Shown here: positions 1 through 9,102 of the stretch, in pieces
Numbering within the stretch: the stretch's first letter is position 1
How the letters are laid out: every line of letters begins with the position of its first letter
From: an uncultured bacterium
GTDB lineage: Bacteria > Krumholzibacteriota > Krumholzibacteriia > LZORAL124-64-63
Direction: 5' to 3'
NCBI GenBank assembly: GCA_963727525.1
Contig: CAVSGO010000007.1
Coordinates: forward strand, 768,001 to 832,000
DNA: 64,000 bases
Program-made: the position numbers and the translations under genes
The notes under the pieces: generated by a model
The model's database searches: none
The model's input: only the letters and a program-made list of their open reading frames with translations
Told to the model about the DNA's origin: nothing

Positions 1-63
1 TACGCATACGTCTTCGCCATCGGCATCACGGTGTTCGCCGTGTACCTGACGTTTTCGGGCTAG
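1..63 (+). CDS. nuoL: NADH-quinone oxidoreductase subunit L, 3' end (partial)
   Basis: Frame 1 reads YAYVFAIGITVFAVYLTFSG-stop, a hydrophobic C-terminal helix directly upstream of nuoM. Identity comes from gene order. Confidence 0.7.
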   Translation, partial: YAYVFAIGITVFAVYLTFSG

Positions 64-75
64 GAGGGCGCGAGC

Positions 76-1647
76 TTGGCACTCGTTACTGATCATATCC
101 TGACGTGGGTCACCTTCGTGCCCCTGCTGGGCGCGCTCGTGCTTCTCGCGCTGCGCGGCGAGGTCCTTGCCCGCTGGTTCGCGCTGATCACTGCGCTGGT
201 GGACTTCGTGCTCTCGCTTCACCTGTGGGTGCACTACGACCCGGCGGTGGCCGGCGACCAGTTCGTGGAGCGTGCCGCCTGGTTCCTCGGAGGCAAGGTG
301 CAGTACCACCTCGGCATGGATGGCATCAGCCTGGTGCTGGTCATGCTGACGACGCTCCTGGGGCCGATCGTCATCCTGAGCACGTGGAAAGCCGTGACGA
401 AGCGGGTGCCGCTCTTCATGGCCATGTATCTGCTGCTGCAGACAGCCATGCTTGGCACGTTCTTCGTGCGCGACATGCTGCTCTTCTACGTGTTCTGGGA
501 AGCGATGCTCATCCCGATGACCTTCATCATCGGCATCTGGGGCGGCGAGCGGCGCATCTACGCGGCGGTGAAGTTCTTCATCTTCACCATGGTCGGTTCC
601 GTGTTCATGCTCGTCGGCATCCTCTACTGCTACTTCCAGGCGGGCACCATGGACCTGGGCGCATGGATGGCGCTCGACCTGCCGCTGGGCGCCCAGCTCT
701 GGCTTTTCACCGCCTTCACGCTGGCTTTTGCGATCAAGGTGCCGGTGTGGCCGCTGCATACCTGGCTGCCCGACGCCCACGTGGAAGCGCCCACCGCCGG
801 CTCGGTGATCCTGGCCGGCGTACTCCTGAAGATGGGCACCTACGGCCTGTTGCGATTCTCGCTGCCGCTTTTCCCGGCGGCGGCCGTGGCCGCGGCTCCG
901 GTGATGGCCACCCTCGCGGTGATCGGCATCATCTTCGGCGCGCTCGTGGCCTGGGTGCAGCCTGACGTCAAGAAGCTCGTGGCCTACTCCTCGGTGAGCC
1001 ACCTGGGCTTCGTGGTGCTGGGCCTATTCAGCTTGACGGCCCGCGGCGCGGCCGGCGGTCTCTACCAGATGCTCGCACACGGGATCTCGACGGGGGCGCT
1101 CTTTCTCCTGGTGGGCGTGATCTACGAGCGCCGCCACACGCGCGAGTTGAGCGAGTTCGGCGGGCTGGCCCACGGGATGCCGGCCTACGCCACCGTCTTC
1201 ATGATCGCGATGCTCGCCAGCGTGGGGCTGCCCGGGCTATGCGGCTTCATCGGGGAGTTCATGGTGCTGCTGGGCACCTTCGGCAGCGGCGCGCTCACGG
1301 CGGCGCGCACCTTCGCGGTGCTGGCTGCCACCGGCGTGATCCTCGGCGCCGTGTACATGCTCTATGTTTACCAGCGCGTCTTCTTCGGCCCCTTGACGAA
1401 CGAGAAGAACAAGGGGTTGCCCGATCTCAGCCTGCGCGAGTGGCTGGTGCTGGCCCCGCTGGTGGTGTTCATGGTGTGGCTGGGTGTGGGCCCGCGGCTG
1501 GTGCTGGACAAGGTGGAGAATAGCCTCGACGCCGTGCTGCAGCCCGTACGCGCCCAGATCGAACTGAACCAGGGGGACCTGGGCGACGCCCACGCGGATC
1601 TGCTCCGCGTGACCCCCGAAGGTGCGATGATTGTGGAGGAACGATGA
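76..1647 (+). CDS. nuoM: NADH-quinone oxidoreductase subunit M
   Basis: Multi-TM protein with FYVFWEAML, AFAIKVPVWPLHTWLPDAHVEAPTAGSV and KKLVAYSSVSH motifs. TTG start with GGAGGG RBS. Confidence 0.96.
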   Translation: MALVTDHILTWVTFVPLLGALVLLALRGEVLARWFALITALVDFVLSLHLWVHYDPAVAGDQFVERAAWFLGGKVQYHLGMDGISLVLVMLTTLLGPIVILSTWKAVTKRVPLFMAMYLLLQTAMLGTFFVRDMLLFYVFWEAMLIPMTFIIGIWGGERRIYAAVKFFIFTMVGSVFMLVGILYCYFQAGTMDLGAWMALDLPLGAQLWLFTAFTLAFAIKVPVWPLHTWLPDAHVEAPTAGSVILAGVLLKMGTYGLLRFSLPLFPAAAVAAAPVMATLAVIGIIFGALVAWVQPDVKKLVAYSSVSHLGFVVLGLFSLTARGAAGGLYQMLAHGISTGALFLLVGVIYERRHTRELSEFGGLAHGMPAYATVFMIAMLASVGLPGLCGFIGEFMVLLGTFGSGALTAARTFAVLAATGVILGAVYMLYVYQRVFFGPLTNEKNKGLPDLSLREWLVLAPLVVFMVWLGVGPRLVLDKVENSLDAVLQPVRAQIELNQGDLGDAHADLLRVTPEGAMIVEER

Positions 1648-3143
1648 CCGTCGACATCCGACTCGATGCCCTGCTGCCGTACGTCGTCATGGCCGGCGGC
1701 GGTCTGCTGGTGATGCTGGTCGACGCGATCGTGCGCAGCCGTACCAAGGGGCACCTGGCGGCACTCACGCAGATCGTGTTCGTGGTGACCGGCATCGTGC
1801 TCGTGGTGGGACATCCCGAGCCTGGCTCGTATCTCGGGGGCATGCTCGTCACCGGGTGGTACACGCGGTTCTTCGGACTGCTCTTCGTGGCGGCCGGCCT
1901 CGTGACGACGATCTACGCCTCGGCCGTGTACGATCGCGATGGCGACTATCGGCCCGAGTTCTACCCGCTCGTGCTCTTCGCCGTGGTGGGCATGATGGTG
2001 CTGTCGGCGGCGAACGATCTGCTGTCGCTCTTCCTCGGCCTGGAGACGATGAGCCTGGCGGTGTACGTGCTCGTGGCCGGGCGGCGTACCACGCCGCAGA
2101 GCGGCGAAGCGGCACTCAAGTACCTGCTGCTGGGCAGCTTCGCCTCGGCCGTGCTGCTCATGGGCATGGCGCTGGTCTACGGCTACGCTGGCGGCACCGG
2201 CTACCAGGCCCTCGCCGTGGCGGTGCACAAGGGACTGGGCGAGCCGCTCCTGCTGTCGGCGGGGCTGGGGTTCATGCTGGTGGGCTTCGGTTTCAAGGTG
2301 GCGGCCGTGCCGTTCCACATGTGGACACCCGACGTCTACGACGGCGCCCCCGCGCACGTCACGGGCTTCATGGCTACGGCCGTGAAAGCGGCGGCATTCA
2401 GCGCCCTGGTACGCTTCGCCTTGCTCGTGCTGCCGGGCATGGCCACGGCGTGGTTCGGCCTGCTCATGGTGCTGGCCATCCTCACCATGACCCTCGGCAA
2501 CCTCATCGCGCTCGCCCAGAGCAATATCAAGCGCATGCTCGCCTACTCGAGCATCGCGCACGCGGGCTACCTGCTCGTGGGCGTGCTGACGATGCTCGCG
2601 CCGGCGCGCGGCGCCACCTCGCCCCTGTCGATCGCGAGCCAGGAGACGGTGGGCGCCGCGGGAAGTGGCATCCTGTTCTATCTGCTCGGCTACACCCTGA
2701 TGAACCTCGCCGCCTTCGGCGTGATCAGCCAGCTCGGCCGCCGCGGCGGCGAGGAGGCCAACCGCATCGACGGCTACTGCGGCCTCGCGCAACGCCAGCC
2801 CGTGGCCGCCGCCGTGCTCGCGGTGTGCATGTTCTCCCTCGCCGGCATCCCGCCCACCGTGGGTTTCATGGGGAAGTTCTACATCTTCCAGGCCGCCGTG
2901 CAGGCCGGCCTGGTGCCGCTGGCCATCTGGGGCGTGATCAACTCCCTGCTCTCGGTCTACTACTACCTGCGCGTGGTCGTGGCGCTCTACATGGAACCGG
3001 CCCGCGAGGATGCCTTCGACGGCCGCAACTGGGAATCGGTGGCCGCCGCCGCTGCCCTGGCCGTTGCCGTGCTCCTGCTGGGCATCCTGCCGGCCGGTGT
3101 ACACAACCTGGCGGCGCTGGCGTTCGGGAAGATGTGGCCGTAG
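1644..3143 (+). CDS. nuoN: NADH-quinone oxidoreductase subunit N
   Basis: EAALKYLLLGSFAS, FKVAAVPFHMWTPDVYDGAP and KRMLAYSSIAHAGY motifs. ATGA overlap with nuoM. Confidence 0.96.
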   Translation: MTVDIRLDALLPYVVMAGGGLLVMLVDAIVRSRTKGHLAALTQIVFVVTGIVLVVGHPEPGSYLGGMLVTGWYTRFFGLLFVAAGLVTTIYASAVYDRDGDYRPEFYPLVLFAVVGMMVLSAANDLLSLFLGLETMSLAVYVLVAGRRTTPQSGEAALKYLLLGSFASAVLLMGMALVYGYAGGTGYQALAVAVHKGLGEPLLLSAGLGFMLVGFGFKVAAVPFHMWTPDVYDGAPAHVTGFMATAVKAAAFSALVRFALLVLPGMATAWFGLLMVLAILTMTLGNLIALAQSNIKRMLAYSSIAHAGYLLVGVLTMLAPARGATSPLSIASQETVGAAGSGILFYLLGYTLMNLAAFGVISQLGRRGGEEANRIDGYCGLAQRQPVAAAVLAVCMFSLAGIPPTVGFMGKFYIFQAAVQAGLVPLAIWGVINSLLSVYYYLRVVVALYMEPAREDAFDGRNWESVAAAAALAVAVLLLGILPAGVHNLAALAFGKMWP

Positions 3144-3280
3144 GGAAGTGATTGTCGTGCGGCGAATTGGGCCGATGGCCAGGGTGGTCGCCGGCCCTGC
3201 TTCCTGAGGGTTCGACCGCGCGGGCGTTCTCTTCGTGTCCGGGATCGTGTATGATCCCAGCCATGAAAGGGGGACCCGCC

Positions 3281-4762
3281 ATGCTGTCTCTTCGCGCGTC
3301 ACTCATCGCCATCCTTCTCGCCTTCGCCTCGTCCGCCCTCGCGACCTCGCTGCTCGTCCTGCCGGCCGGTACGGGGCCATACCCCGACCTGCAGGCGGCG
3401 CTCACGGCTGCGGCTGACGGCGACACGATCTTGCTCGGAGACGGCGTTTTCATGGGCGCCGGAAACCGGAACCTCGATCCGGGCGGACGCACGCTTGCAT
3501 TCCTGTCGACCAGCGACGATCCCGAGGCGTGCATCGTCGACATTGCGGGCTCCACGAGCGAGGAGCGGCGGTTCCTCGCTGACGCCAGTGGCGCCGGCAC
3601 CACGATCGCGATGCGTGGGATCGGCCTGCGCAACGGCCGCGTGACCCTGGGCGGTGGCGGCGCAGTGCTCATGAACGGCGGTACGCTGCGCATCACACAC
3701 TGCGCGTTCACGGACAACGCGTCGCTCTACACGGCCGGTCCGACGGGCCATGGCGGGGCGATCGCGGTAGAGAACGGCGACCTGGTCCTCGCGCATGCGA
3801 CCTTCTCCGGCAACATCGCCGGAAACAGCTTCGACGGCGGCGCCATGGGAGGCGCGGTCTACGTGTCGATGGGGACGGCCGCAATCGCCGCCTGCCAGTT
3901 CACGGATAACGAGGTCGGCGGTTCGAACCTGGGTCCGGCCATGGGCGGCGCGGTGGCGACTTACGAATCGAGCCTCGACATCGATGGCTGCGTCTTCACG
4001 GGCAACGACACGCATAGCTACTCGGCCGGCGGCGCGCTTGCCTTGTATGGCGGCAGTGGCAGCGTCCGGCGCTGCACGTTCGCCTACAACTGGGCGTTCG
4101 GATTTCAGGACTACGGTGGCACGGTCTTCGCCCGCGATGGCGCCCTGACGCTCGAGGCGTGCATCATCACCGGCGCGATGGGTGTCGACGATTTCTTTGG
4201 CGGCGACCCCGAACCCACCCCTGCTGCCGAGGCCTACAACGCCACCATCACGGCGAGCCAGTGCGATGTCTGGGGTAACGGCGCGGACTGGGCTGGCCCG
4301 CTCGCCGGACAGGACAGTGCCAACGGCAACATCAGCGCCAACACGTGCTTCTGCGACGGCGACGCCGGCGACTACGGCCTCTGTGCCGACTCCGCCTGCG
4401 CGCCGGCGCAGCACGGCGGCGTGCTCATCGGCGCCCTGGAGGTGGGGTGCGGCGCCTGCGGCTGCGCGGATGACACGGCTGTCGGCGACGCGCCGCCCGA
4501 CGCCCCCCGCATCGCCGCGATCGCCCCGAACCCCTTCAACCCAGCCACGACCATCGCCCTCGTCCTGCCCGCGCCCGCGACCGTGCGTCTGACCGTGCAC
4601 GACCTCGCCGGCCGCTGCGTCGCGACCCTCGTCGACGGGCCGCAGCCTGCGGGGGAACGGCGCATCGCGTTCCGCCCGCGTGGCCTCGCGAGCGGCGCCT
4701 ACCTGCTGCGCCTGGACGCCGGCCAGGATGTGCGGACCCGCAAGCTGGTCTTGCTGAAGTAG
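3281..4762 (+). CDS. Secreted right-handed beta-helix (GGA/FxxN repeat) protein with T9SS C-terminal sorting domain
   Basis: ATG 3281 after AAAGGGGG, signal peptide, repeated CxFTxN...GGAV motifs, Cys-rich linker, and C-terminus PNPFNPATTI...HDLAGRCVATL...LASGAYLLRL...RKLVLLK typical of T9SS type A CTDs. Confidence 0.85.
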   Translation: MLSLRASLIAILLAFASSALATSLLVLPAGTGPYPDLQAALTAAADGDTILLGDGVFMGAGNRNLDPGGRTLAFLSTSDDPEACIVDIAGSTSEERRFLADASGAGTTIAMRGIGLRNGRVTLGGGGAVLMNGGTLRITHCAFTDNASLYTAGPTGHGGAIAVENGDLVLAHATFSGNIAGNSFDGGAMGGAVYVSMGTAAIAACQFTDNEVGGSNLGPAMGGAVATYESSLDIDGCVFTGNDTHSYSAGGALALYGGSGSVRRCTFAYNWAFGFQDYGGTVFARDGALTLEACIITGAMGVDDFFGGDPEPTPAAEAYNATITASQCDVWGNGADWAGPLAGQDSANGNISANTCFCDGDAGDYGLCADSACAPAQHGGVLIGALEVGCGACGCADDTAVGDAPPDAPRIAAIAPNPFNPATTIALVLPAPATVRLTVHDLAGRCVATLVDGPQPAGERRIAFRPRGLASGAYLLRLDAGQDVRTRKLVLLK

Positions 4763-4799
4763 CCGGCTGCGCTATGCTCCTAGTAGGAAGGAGCACGCC

Positions 4800-6170
4800 A
4801 TGGCCAGCTACCAGACGATCAACCCCGCCACCGGCGACACGCTGTCGTCGTACGATCTCCTGGCGCCTGACGCCGCCCTCGCGGTGCTCGGCCAGGTGCA
4901 CGCCGCGCAGGCCGCCTGGGCCGATCTCGTTCCCGCCGGCCGCGCGCCCTATGCGAGCCGGCTCGCGCAGGTGTTGCGCCGGCACAAGGGGGACTGGGGT
5001 CGCCTCATGGCGCAGGAGATGGGCAAGCCCATCACCGAGGCGGAGGCGGAGGTGGAGAAGTGCGCCTGGCTGTGTGACGTCTACGCCGAGCACGCGCCCG
5101 GCTGGCTGGCCGACGAGATCGTGGAGGCCGACGGCGTGAAGCACCGGGTGGCGTATCAGCCCCTGGGCGTGGTGGTGTCGATCATGCCGTGGAACTTCCC
5201 GTTCTGGCAGGCGCTGCGCTTCGGCGTACCGACGCTGATGGCCGGCAACGGTAGCGTGCTCAAGCACGCGCGTAACGTGAGCGGCTGCGCGCTCGCGATC
5301 GAGCAGGCCTTCCGCGAGGCCGGGTTCCCACCGCACGTGTTCCGCTCCATCATCGCGGGCCACGAGGCGGTGAACGCGCTCATCGCCGATCCGCGCGTGG
5401 CCGGGGTGTCGCTCACCGGCAGCACCGAGGTCGGGCGTGCGGTGGCGGCGATGGCAGGGCAGAACCTCAAGAAGTGCGTGCTCGAGCTGGGGGGCAGCGA
5501 CCCTTTCATCGTCCTTGCCGATGCCAACCTCGAAGCGGCGGTGCTGGGGGCCGTGAAGGGGCGCACCCTGAACACGGGGCAGAGCTGCATCGCGGCCAAG
5601 CGGTTCCTCGTGGAGGCCCCCGTGGCGGCCGAATTCACGCGGCGATTCGCGACGGCGATGGCCGACCTGCGCGTGGGCGATCCCCTCGACCCGCTGACGC
5701 AGGTGGGCGCCATCGTCAACGAGGACGAGCTGACGACCCTGCTGGCTCAGCTTGGCGACAGCCTCGCCGCCGGCGCCAAGCTCGTGTGCGGCGGCAAGCG
5801 CCTTGACCGTCCAGGTTCCTTCCTCGAGCCCGCCGTGGTCTCGGACGTGACCACCGACATGCGCGTGTGGCGCGAGGAGGTCTTCGGACCCATCGCGCCG
5901 GTCATGCCCGTGGCCAACGCCGACGAGGCCATCCGCCTCGCCAACGCGAGCTGCTTCGGTCTCGGCGGCAGCGTGTGGACGAGCGACCTCGCCCGCGGCG
6001 AAGCCCTCGCGCGCCGCCTCGAGTGCGGGTCGGCCTTCGTGAACAGCTTCGTCAAGAGCGACCCGCGCATGCCCTTCGGCGGCGTGAAGGAGAGCGGCTG
6101 GGGGCGCGAGCTGGCGTGGTTCGGGCTGCGCGAATTCACGAACGTCAAGGGCCTGAACATCTACTCATGA
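4800..6170 (+). CDS. NAD(P)-dependent succinate-semialdehyde dehydrogenase-like aldehyde dehydrogenase (Sad/GabD1 type)
   Basis: IMPWNFPFWQ, LTGSTEVG, LELGGSDP, GQSCIAAKR and EEVFGP aldehyde dehydrogenase motifs. Confidence 0.9.
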   Translation: MASYQTINPATGDTLSSYDLLAPDAALAVLGQVHAAQAAWADLVPAGRAPYASRLAQVLRRHKGDWGRLMAQEMGKPITEAEAEVEKCAWLCDVYAEHAPGWLADEIVEADGVKHRVAYQPLGVVVSIMPWNFPFWQALRFGVPTLMAGNGSVLKHARNVSGCALAIEQAFREAGFPPHVFRSIIAGHEAVNALIADPRVAGVSLTGSTEVGRAVAAMAGQNLKKCVLELGGSDPFIVLADANLEAAVLGAVKGRTLNTGQSCIAAKRFLVEAPVAAEFTRRFATAMADLRVGDPLDPLTQVGAIVNEDELTTLLAQLGDSLAAGAKLVCGGKRLDRPGSFLEPAVVSDVTTDMRVWREEVFGPIAPVMPVANADEAIRLANASCFGLGGSVWTSDLARGEALARRLECGSAFVNSFVKSDPRMPFGGVKESGWGRELAWFGLREFTNVKGLNIYS

Positions 6171-7483
6171 AGCATCGTCCCCGATCGCACCCGCAGCGCC
6201 GGCGCAGCAAGCGTGGCCACGCCGTCCGTCGCATCGAGGCCATCCTCGACGCGGCCCGCGGCCGCGGGCGCGAGGATTTCGACCGCCGCGATCCCGAGCG
6301 TGGTCCGCGACCGCGCCTGATGGACCTCAAGCGCGACGGCCGCCTCTTCGACCGCCTCGCCGCGCTCGATTTCGAGTACCTGCTCTCCCTCGATTTCAGC
6401 GCCGGCGCCGAGACGTTGCGGCTGCTGCTGCCGCAGTCGGTGCTGGGCCGCGCGCAGAATGGCCACGGATTCTGGCGCAACGAGACGGGCGAACCGCTCG
6501 TCTTCCGCGAGGCCACGTTCGACCGTGTGCTCGCGGCGCTAGAGACTTCGGATCCGGGCCTGACGGCGCGCCACGTCCGCGGCGAGCGCGGCGCCCGCCT
6601 GCAAGCCCTGGCCACGTTTCTCGAGAAGAACCTCTTCACCGAGGAACTCGAACTCGGACCCTTGCTCGGCGTGGAACTGCTGCGCGGCCGCACGGTCAAG
6701 ACGCGCGACTTCCTGCGCGGTCTGCTCCTGGCCGGCTGGATGGACGACTACGACCAGCGCCGCATGTGCATGAGTCGCTACCGCAAGTGCTTCGACGGCT
6801 CGCCCCTGGAGATCGGCGGCGGCAAGACGTACATCGTGCAGCCGGAGTTGCTGACGGCGGTAGGCATCGCCGATCCCGGTCGCGGCGAGTTCGCCCCGGA
6901 GGACATCGCGCACCTGCAGTCGCTCGGCGTGATCATGCGCGACGACGACCGCGAGTTCACCCGGTCCACCTACGAGCAGATGTTCTTCCGCCTGCGCCGC
7001 CAGGACGGCGTGTGCGACGATTTGGCGCTGATCTGGGTGGCCGCGAAGCACGGCTTCGATGCCATGCTCGGCGCCTTCGTCATGGACGCCGTCGACACCT
7101 ACGACAAGTTCCTCTGGACCTTCCGCGCAGGTGGCTTCGACGGCCGGCTCGCCCACAGCCTGCAGGAAGCCTGGCGTGCCCGCCACGGTGAGCCTCTCGT
7201 GCGCGGCGAGGAGATCCTCGACCTCATCCACTTCGCCGCCAAGCTCAACACCCCACCGGCACCCCTCAGCTCGAGCCACCGCCGCTTCATCCAGACCGAA
7301 CGGGGCAGCAAGGTGCCGACCCTGCTCAACCACTGGCGCTTCGTGCATGGCGACCCGATCTACGACATCGAACTGGGCTACAATCGGTATCCGGCGCGCA
7401 AGTTCTACGAGATCGCGTGGAAGCGCCTGCGCTCGGCGAAGTTGGCGGTGCCGGTGCCGACGTACACGATGCTGCGGCGGTGA
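6167..7483 (+). CDS. Hypothetical soluble protein (438 aa), family not recognised
   Basis: ATGA overlap with the ALDH stop, strong GC3 codon bias, globular composition. Start could be somewhat further downstream. Confidence 0.8.
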   Translation: MKHRPRSHPQRRRSKRGHAVRRIEAILDAARGRGREDFDRRDPERGPRPRLMDLKRDGRLFDRLAALDFEYLLSLDFSAGAETLRLLLPQSVLGRAQNGHGFWRNETGEPLVFREATFDRVLAALETSDPGLTARHVRGERGARLQALATFLEKNLFTEELELGPLLGVELLRGRTVKTRDFLRGLLLAGWMDDYDQRRMCMSRYRKCFDGSPLEIGGGKTYIVQPELLTAVGIADPGRGEFAPEDIAHLQSLGVIMRDDDREFTRSTYEQMFFRLRRQDGVCDDLALIWVAAKHGFDAMLGAFVMDAVDTYDKFLWTFRAGGFDGRLAHSLQEAWRARHGEPLVRGEEILDLIHFAAKLNTPPAPLSSSHRRFIQTERGSKVPTLLNHWRFVHGDPIYDIELGYNRYPARKFYEIAWKRLRSAKLAVPVPTYTMLRR

Positions 7484-7596
7484 GTCGTGGGCGCAGACGT
7501 GGGGAGCGGTGAAGAGTCTATTGAGATCGCGAGTGTCGACGGTAGGCCTCCCTCGCCTGGCCCATCGATCCGCAGTGCCTGGTGCCGGCACCAATC

Positions 7597-8769
7597 TTAC
7601 CGGAACGCCGCGATCCCCGTGATCGCTTGCCCCACGATCAAAGTGTGGATCTCGTGGGTGCCCTCGTAGGTGATCACCGATTCCAGGTTCGTCATGTGAC
7701 GGCCCGGCGAGTACTCGTCGGTGATGCCGGCGGCGCCGAGGATGCTGCGGGCGTCGCGGGCGATGTCGAGGGCCATGGCGACGTTCTGGCGCTTGGCGAG
7801 GGAGACCAACGGCACGTCGTTGGTGCCGGCGTCCTTGAGGCGGCCGAGTTGCAGGGACAGGAGCTGGCCGTGGATGATGGCAGTGATCATCGTCACGAGT
7901 TTGGCCTGGGTGAGCTGGAAGCCGGCGATGGGGCGGTCGAACTGCCGGCGCTCGAGGGCGTAGGTGAGGGCGGTGTGGTAGCAGTCGCTGGCCGCGCCGA
8001 CGGCGCCCCAGGCGATCCCGTAGCGTGCCTCGTTCAGGCATGACAGCGGGCCCTTCAGGCCCTCGACGCCGGGCAGGCGCGCCGCGTCCGGCACGCGCAC
8101 CTCGTCGAACGCCAGCTCGCCGGTGTCGCTGGCGCGCAGACTGTACTTGCCCTTCACCGCTGCCGCCGTGAAGCCCTTTGTGCCGCGTTCGAGGATGAAG
8201 CCGCGCACCTTGCCGTCGCCGCGGTCGCGGGCCCAGACGATGGCGATGTCGGCCAGCGTCGCGTTGGTGATCCACATCTTGCTGCCGGTGATCACCCAGC
8301 CGTCGCCGTCGCGGGTGCAGGTGGTCTCCATGCCGGCGGGGTCGGAGCCGTGGCTGGCCTCGGTGAGGCCGAAGCACCCGATCAGCTTGCCGGCACACAG
8401 CGCCGGCAGGTAATGCTGCTTCTGGGCATCCGTGCCGTACACGCTGATGGGCCACATCACGAGGCTGCCCTGCACGCTGGCGAAGCTGCGCAGGCCGCTG
8501 TCGCCGCGCTCGAGTTCCTCGCAGATCAGGCCGTAGATCGTCGCACTCAGACCGTGGCAGCCCGGGCCCTTGACGGCGGGGCCCAGCAGGCCAAGCTCGG
8601 CCATCTCAGGGACCAGGTCCGTGGGAAAGGTGCCGGCCGCGTGATGCTCGCGCACGACGGGCAGGAAGCTGCGCTCGACGAAGGCGCGCACCATCGTCTG
8701 GACCGACCGTTCCTCGTCGGAGAACAGGCGGGAGACGTGGTAGAAGTCGACGCCGTCGTAGGCCCTCAT
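7597..8769 (-). CDS. Acyl-CoA dehydrogenase, glutaryl-CoA dehydrogenase-like
   Basis: ELERGDSGLRSFASVQGSLVMWPI, GCFGLTEASHGSDP, GSKMWITNA, RRQFDRPIAGFQL and TYEGTHEIH motifs. Start overlaps the nfu stop (ATGA). Confidence 0.92.
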   Translation of the reverse strand: MRAYDGVDFYHVSRLFSDEERSVQTMVRAFVERSFLPVVREHHAAGTFPTDLVPEMAELGLLGPAVKGPGCHGLSATIYGLICEELERGDSGLRSFASVQGSLVMWPISVYGTDAQKQHYLPALCAGKLIGCFGLTEASHGSDPAGMETTCTRDGDGWVITGSKMWITNATLADIAIVWARDRGDGKVRGFILERGTKGFTAAAVKGKYSLRASDTGELAFDEVRVPDAARLPGVEGLKGPLSCLNEARYGIAWGAVGAASDCYHTALTYALERRQFDRPIAGFQLTQAKLVTMITAIIHGQLLSLQLGRLKDAGTNDVPLVSLAKRQNVAMALDIARDARSILGAAGITDEYSPGRHMTNLESVITYEGTHEIHTLIVGQAITGIAAFR

Positions 8770-8984
8770 TCGGCCTCGACCGCTTCCACCTCGGGAACGG
8801 CGGCTTTCAGGCGGGCCTCGATCCCCTGCTTGAGGGTCATCTGACTCATCGGACAGCCGCCACAGGCGCCCTTCATGCGCACGGTGACGATACCATCGTG
8901 GAAGTCGACGAACTCGACGTCGCCGCCGTCGGCCTGCAGCGCGGGCCGGATGCCGTCGAGTACCTGCTTGATGCGCGTTTCCAT
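8766..8984 (-). CDS. NifU/Nfu family Fe-S cluster carrier (72 aa)
   Basis: IRPALQADGGDVEFV...GACGGCPMSQMTLKQGIE with CxxC. Confidence 0.93.
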   Translation of the reverse strand: METRIKQVLDGIRPALQADGGDVEFVDFHDGIVTVRMKGACGGCPMSQMTLKQGIEARLKAAVPEVEAVEAE

Positions 8985-9008
8985 GGGCGTCCTTTCGTTG
9001 GCATGAAA

Positions 9009-9036
9009 AGACTACAATCACGAGGGGGCGTGTCAA
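9009..9036 (-). promoter_or_regulatory. Putative sigma70 promoter for nfu and the acyl-CoA dehydrogenase
   Basis: On the - strand: TTGACA (9036-9031), 16-nt spacer, TAGTCT (9014-9009). Confidence 0.55.
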
Positions 9037-9044
9037 GACCGTGC

Positions 9045-9073
9045 TTGAGACGGTTCCGCGCCCCGCCTACAAT
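9045..9073 (+). promoter_or_regulatory. Putative sigma70 promoter for the suhB operon
   Basis: TTGAGA (9045-9050), 17 nt, TACAAT (9068-9073), then AAGGAG RBS before ATG 9103. Confidence 0.65.
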
Positions 9074-9102
9074 GCCCGCACACCCAGGAAGGAGCCCCTG
9101 CG

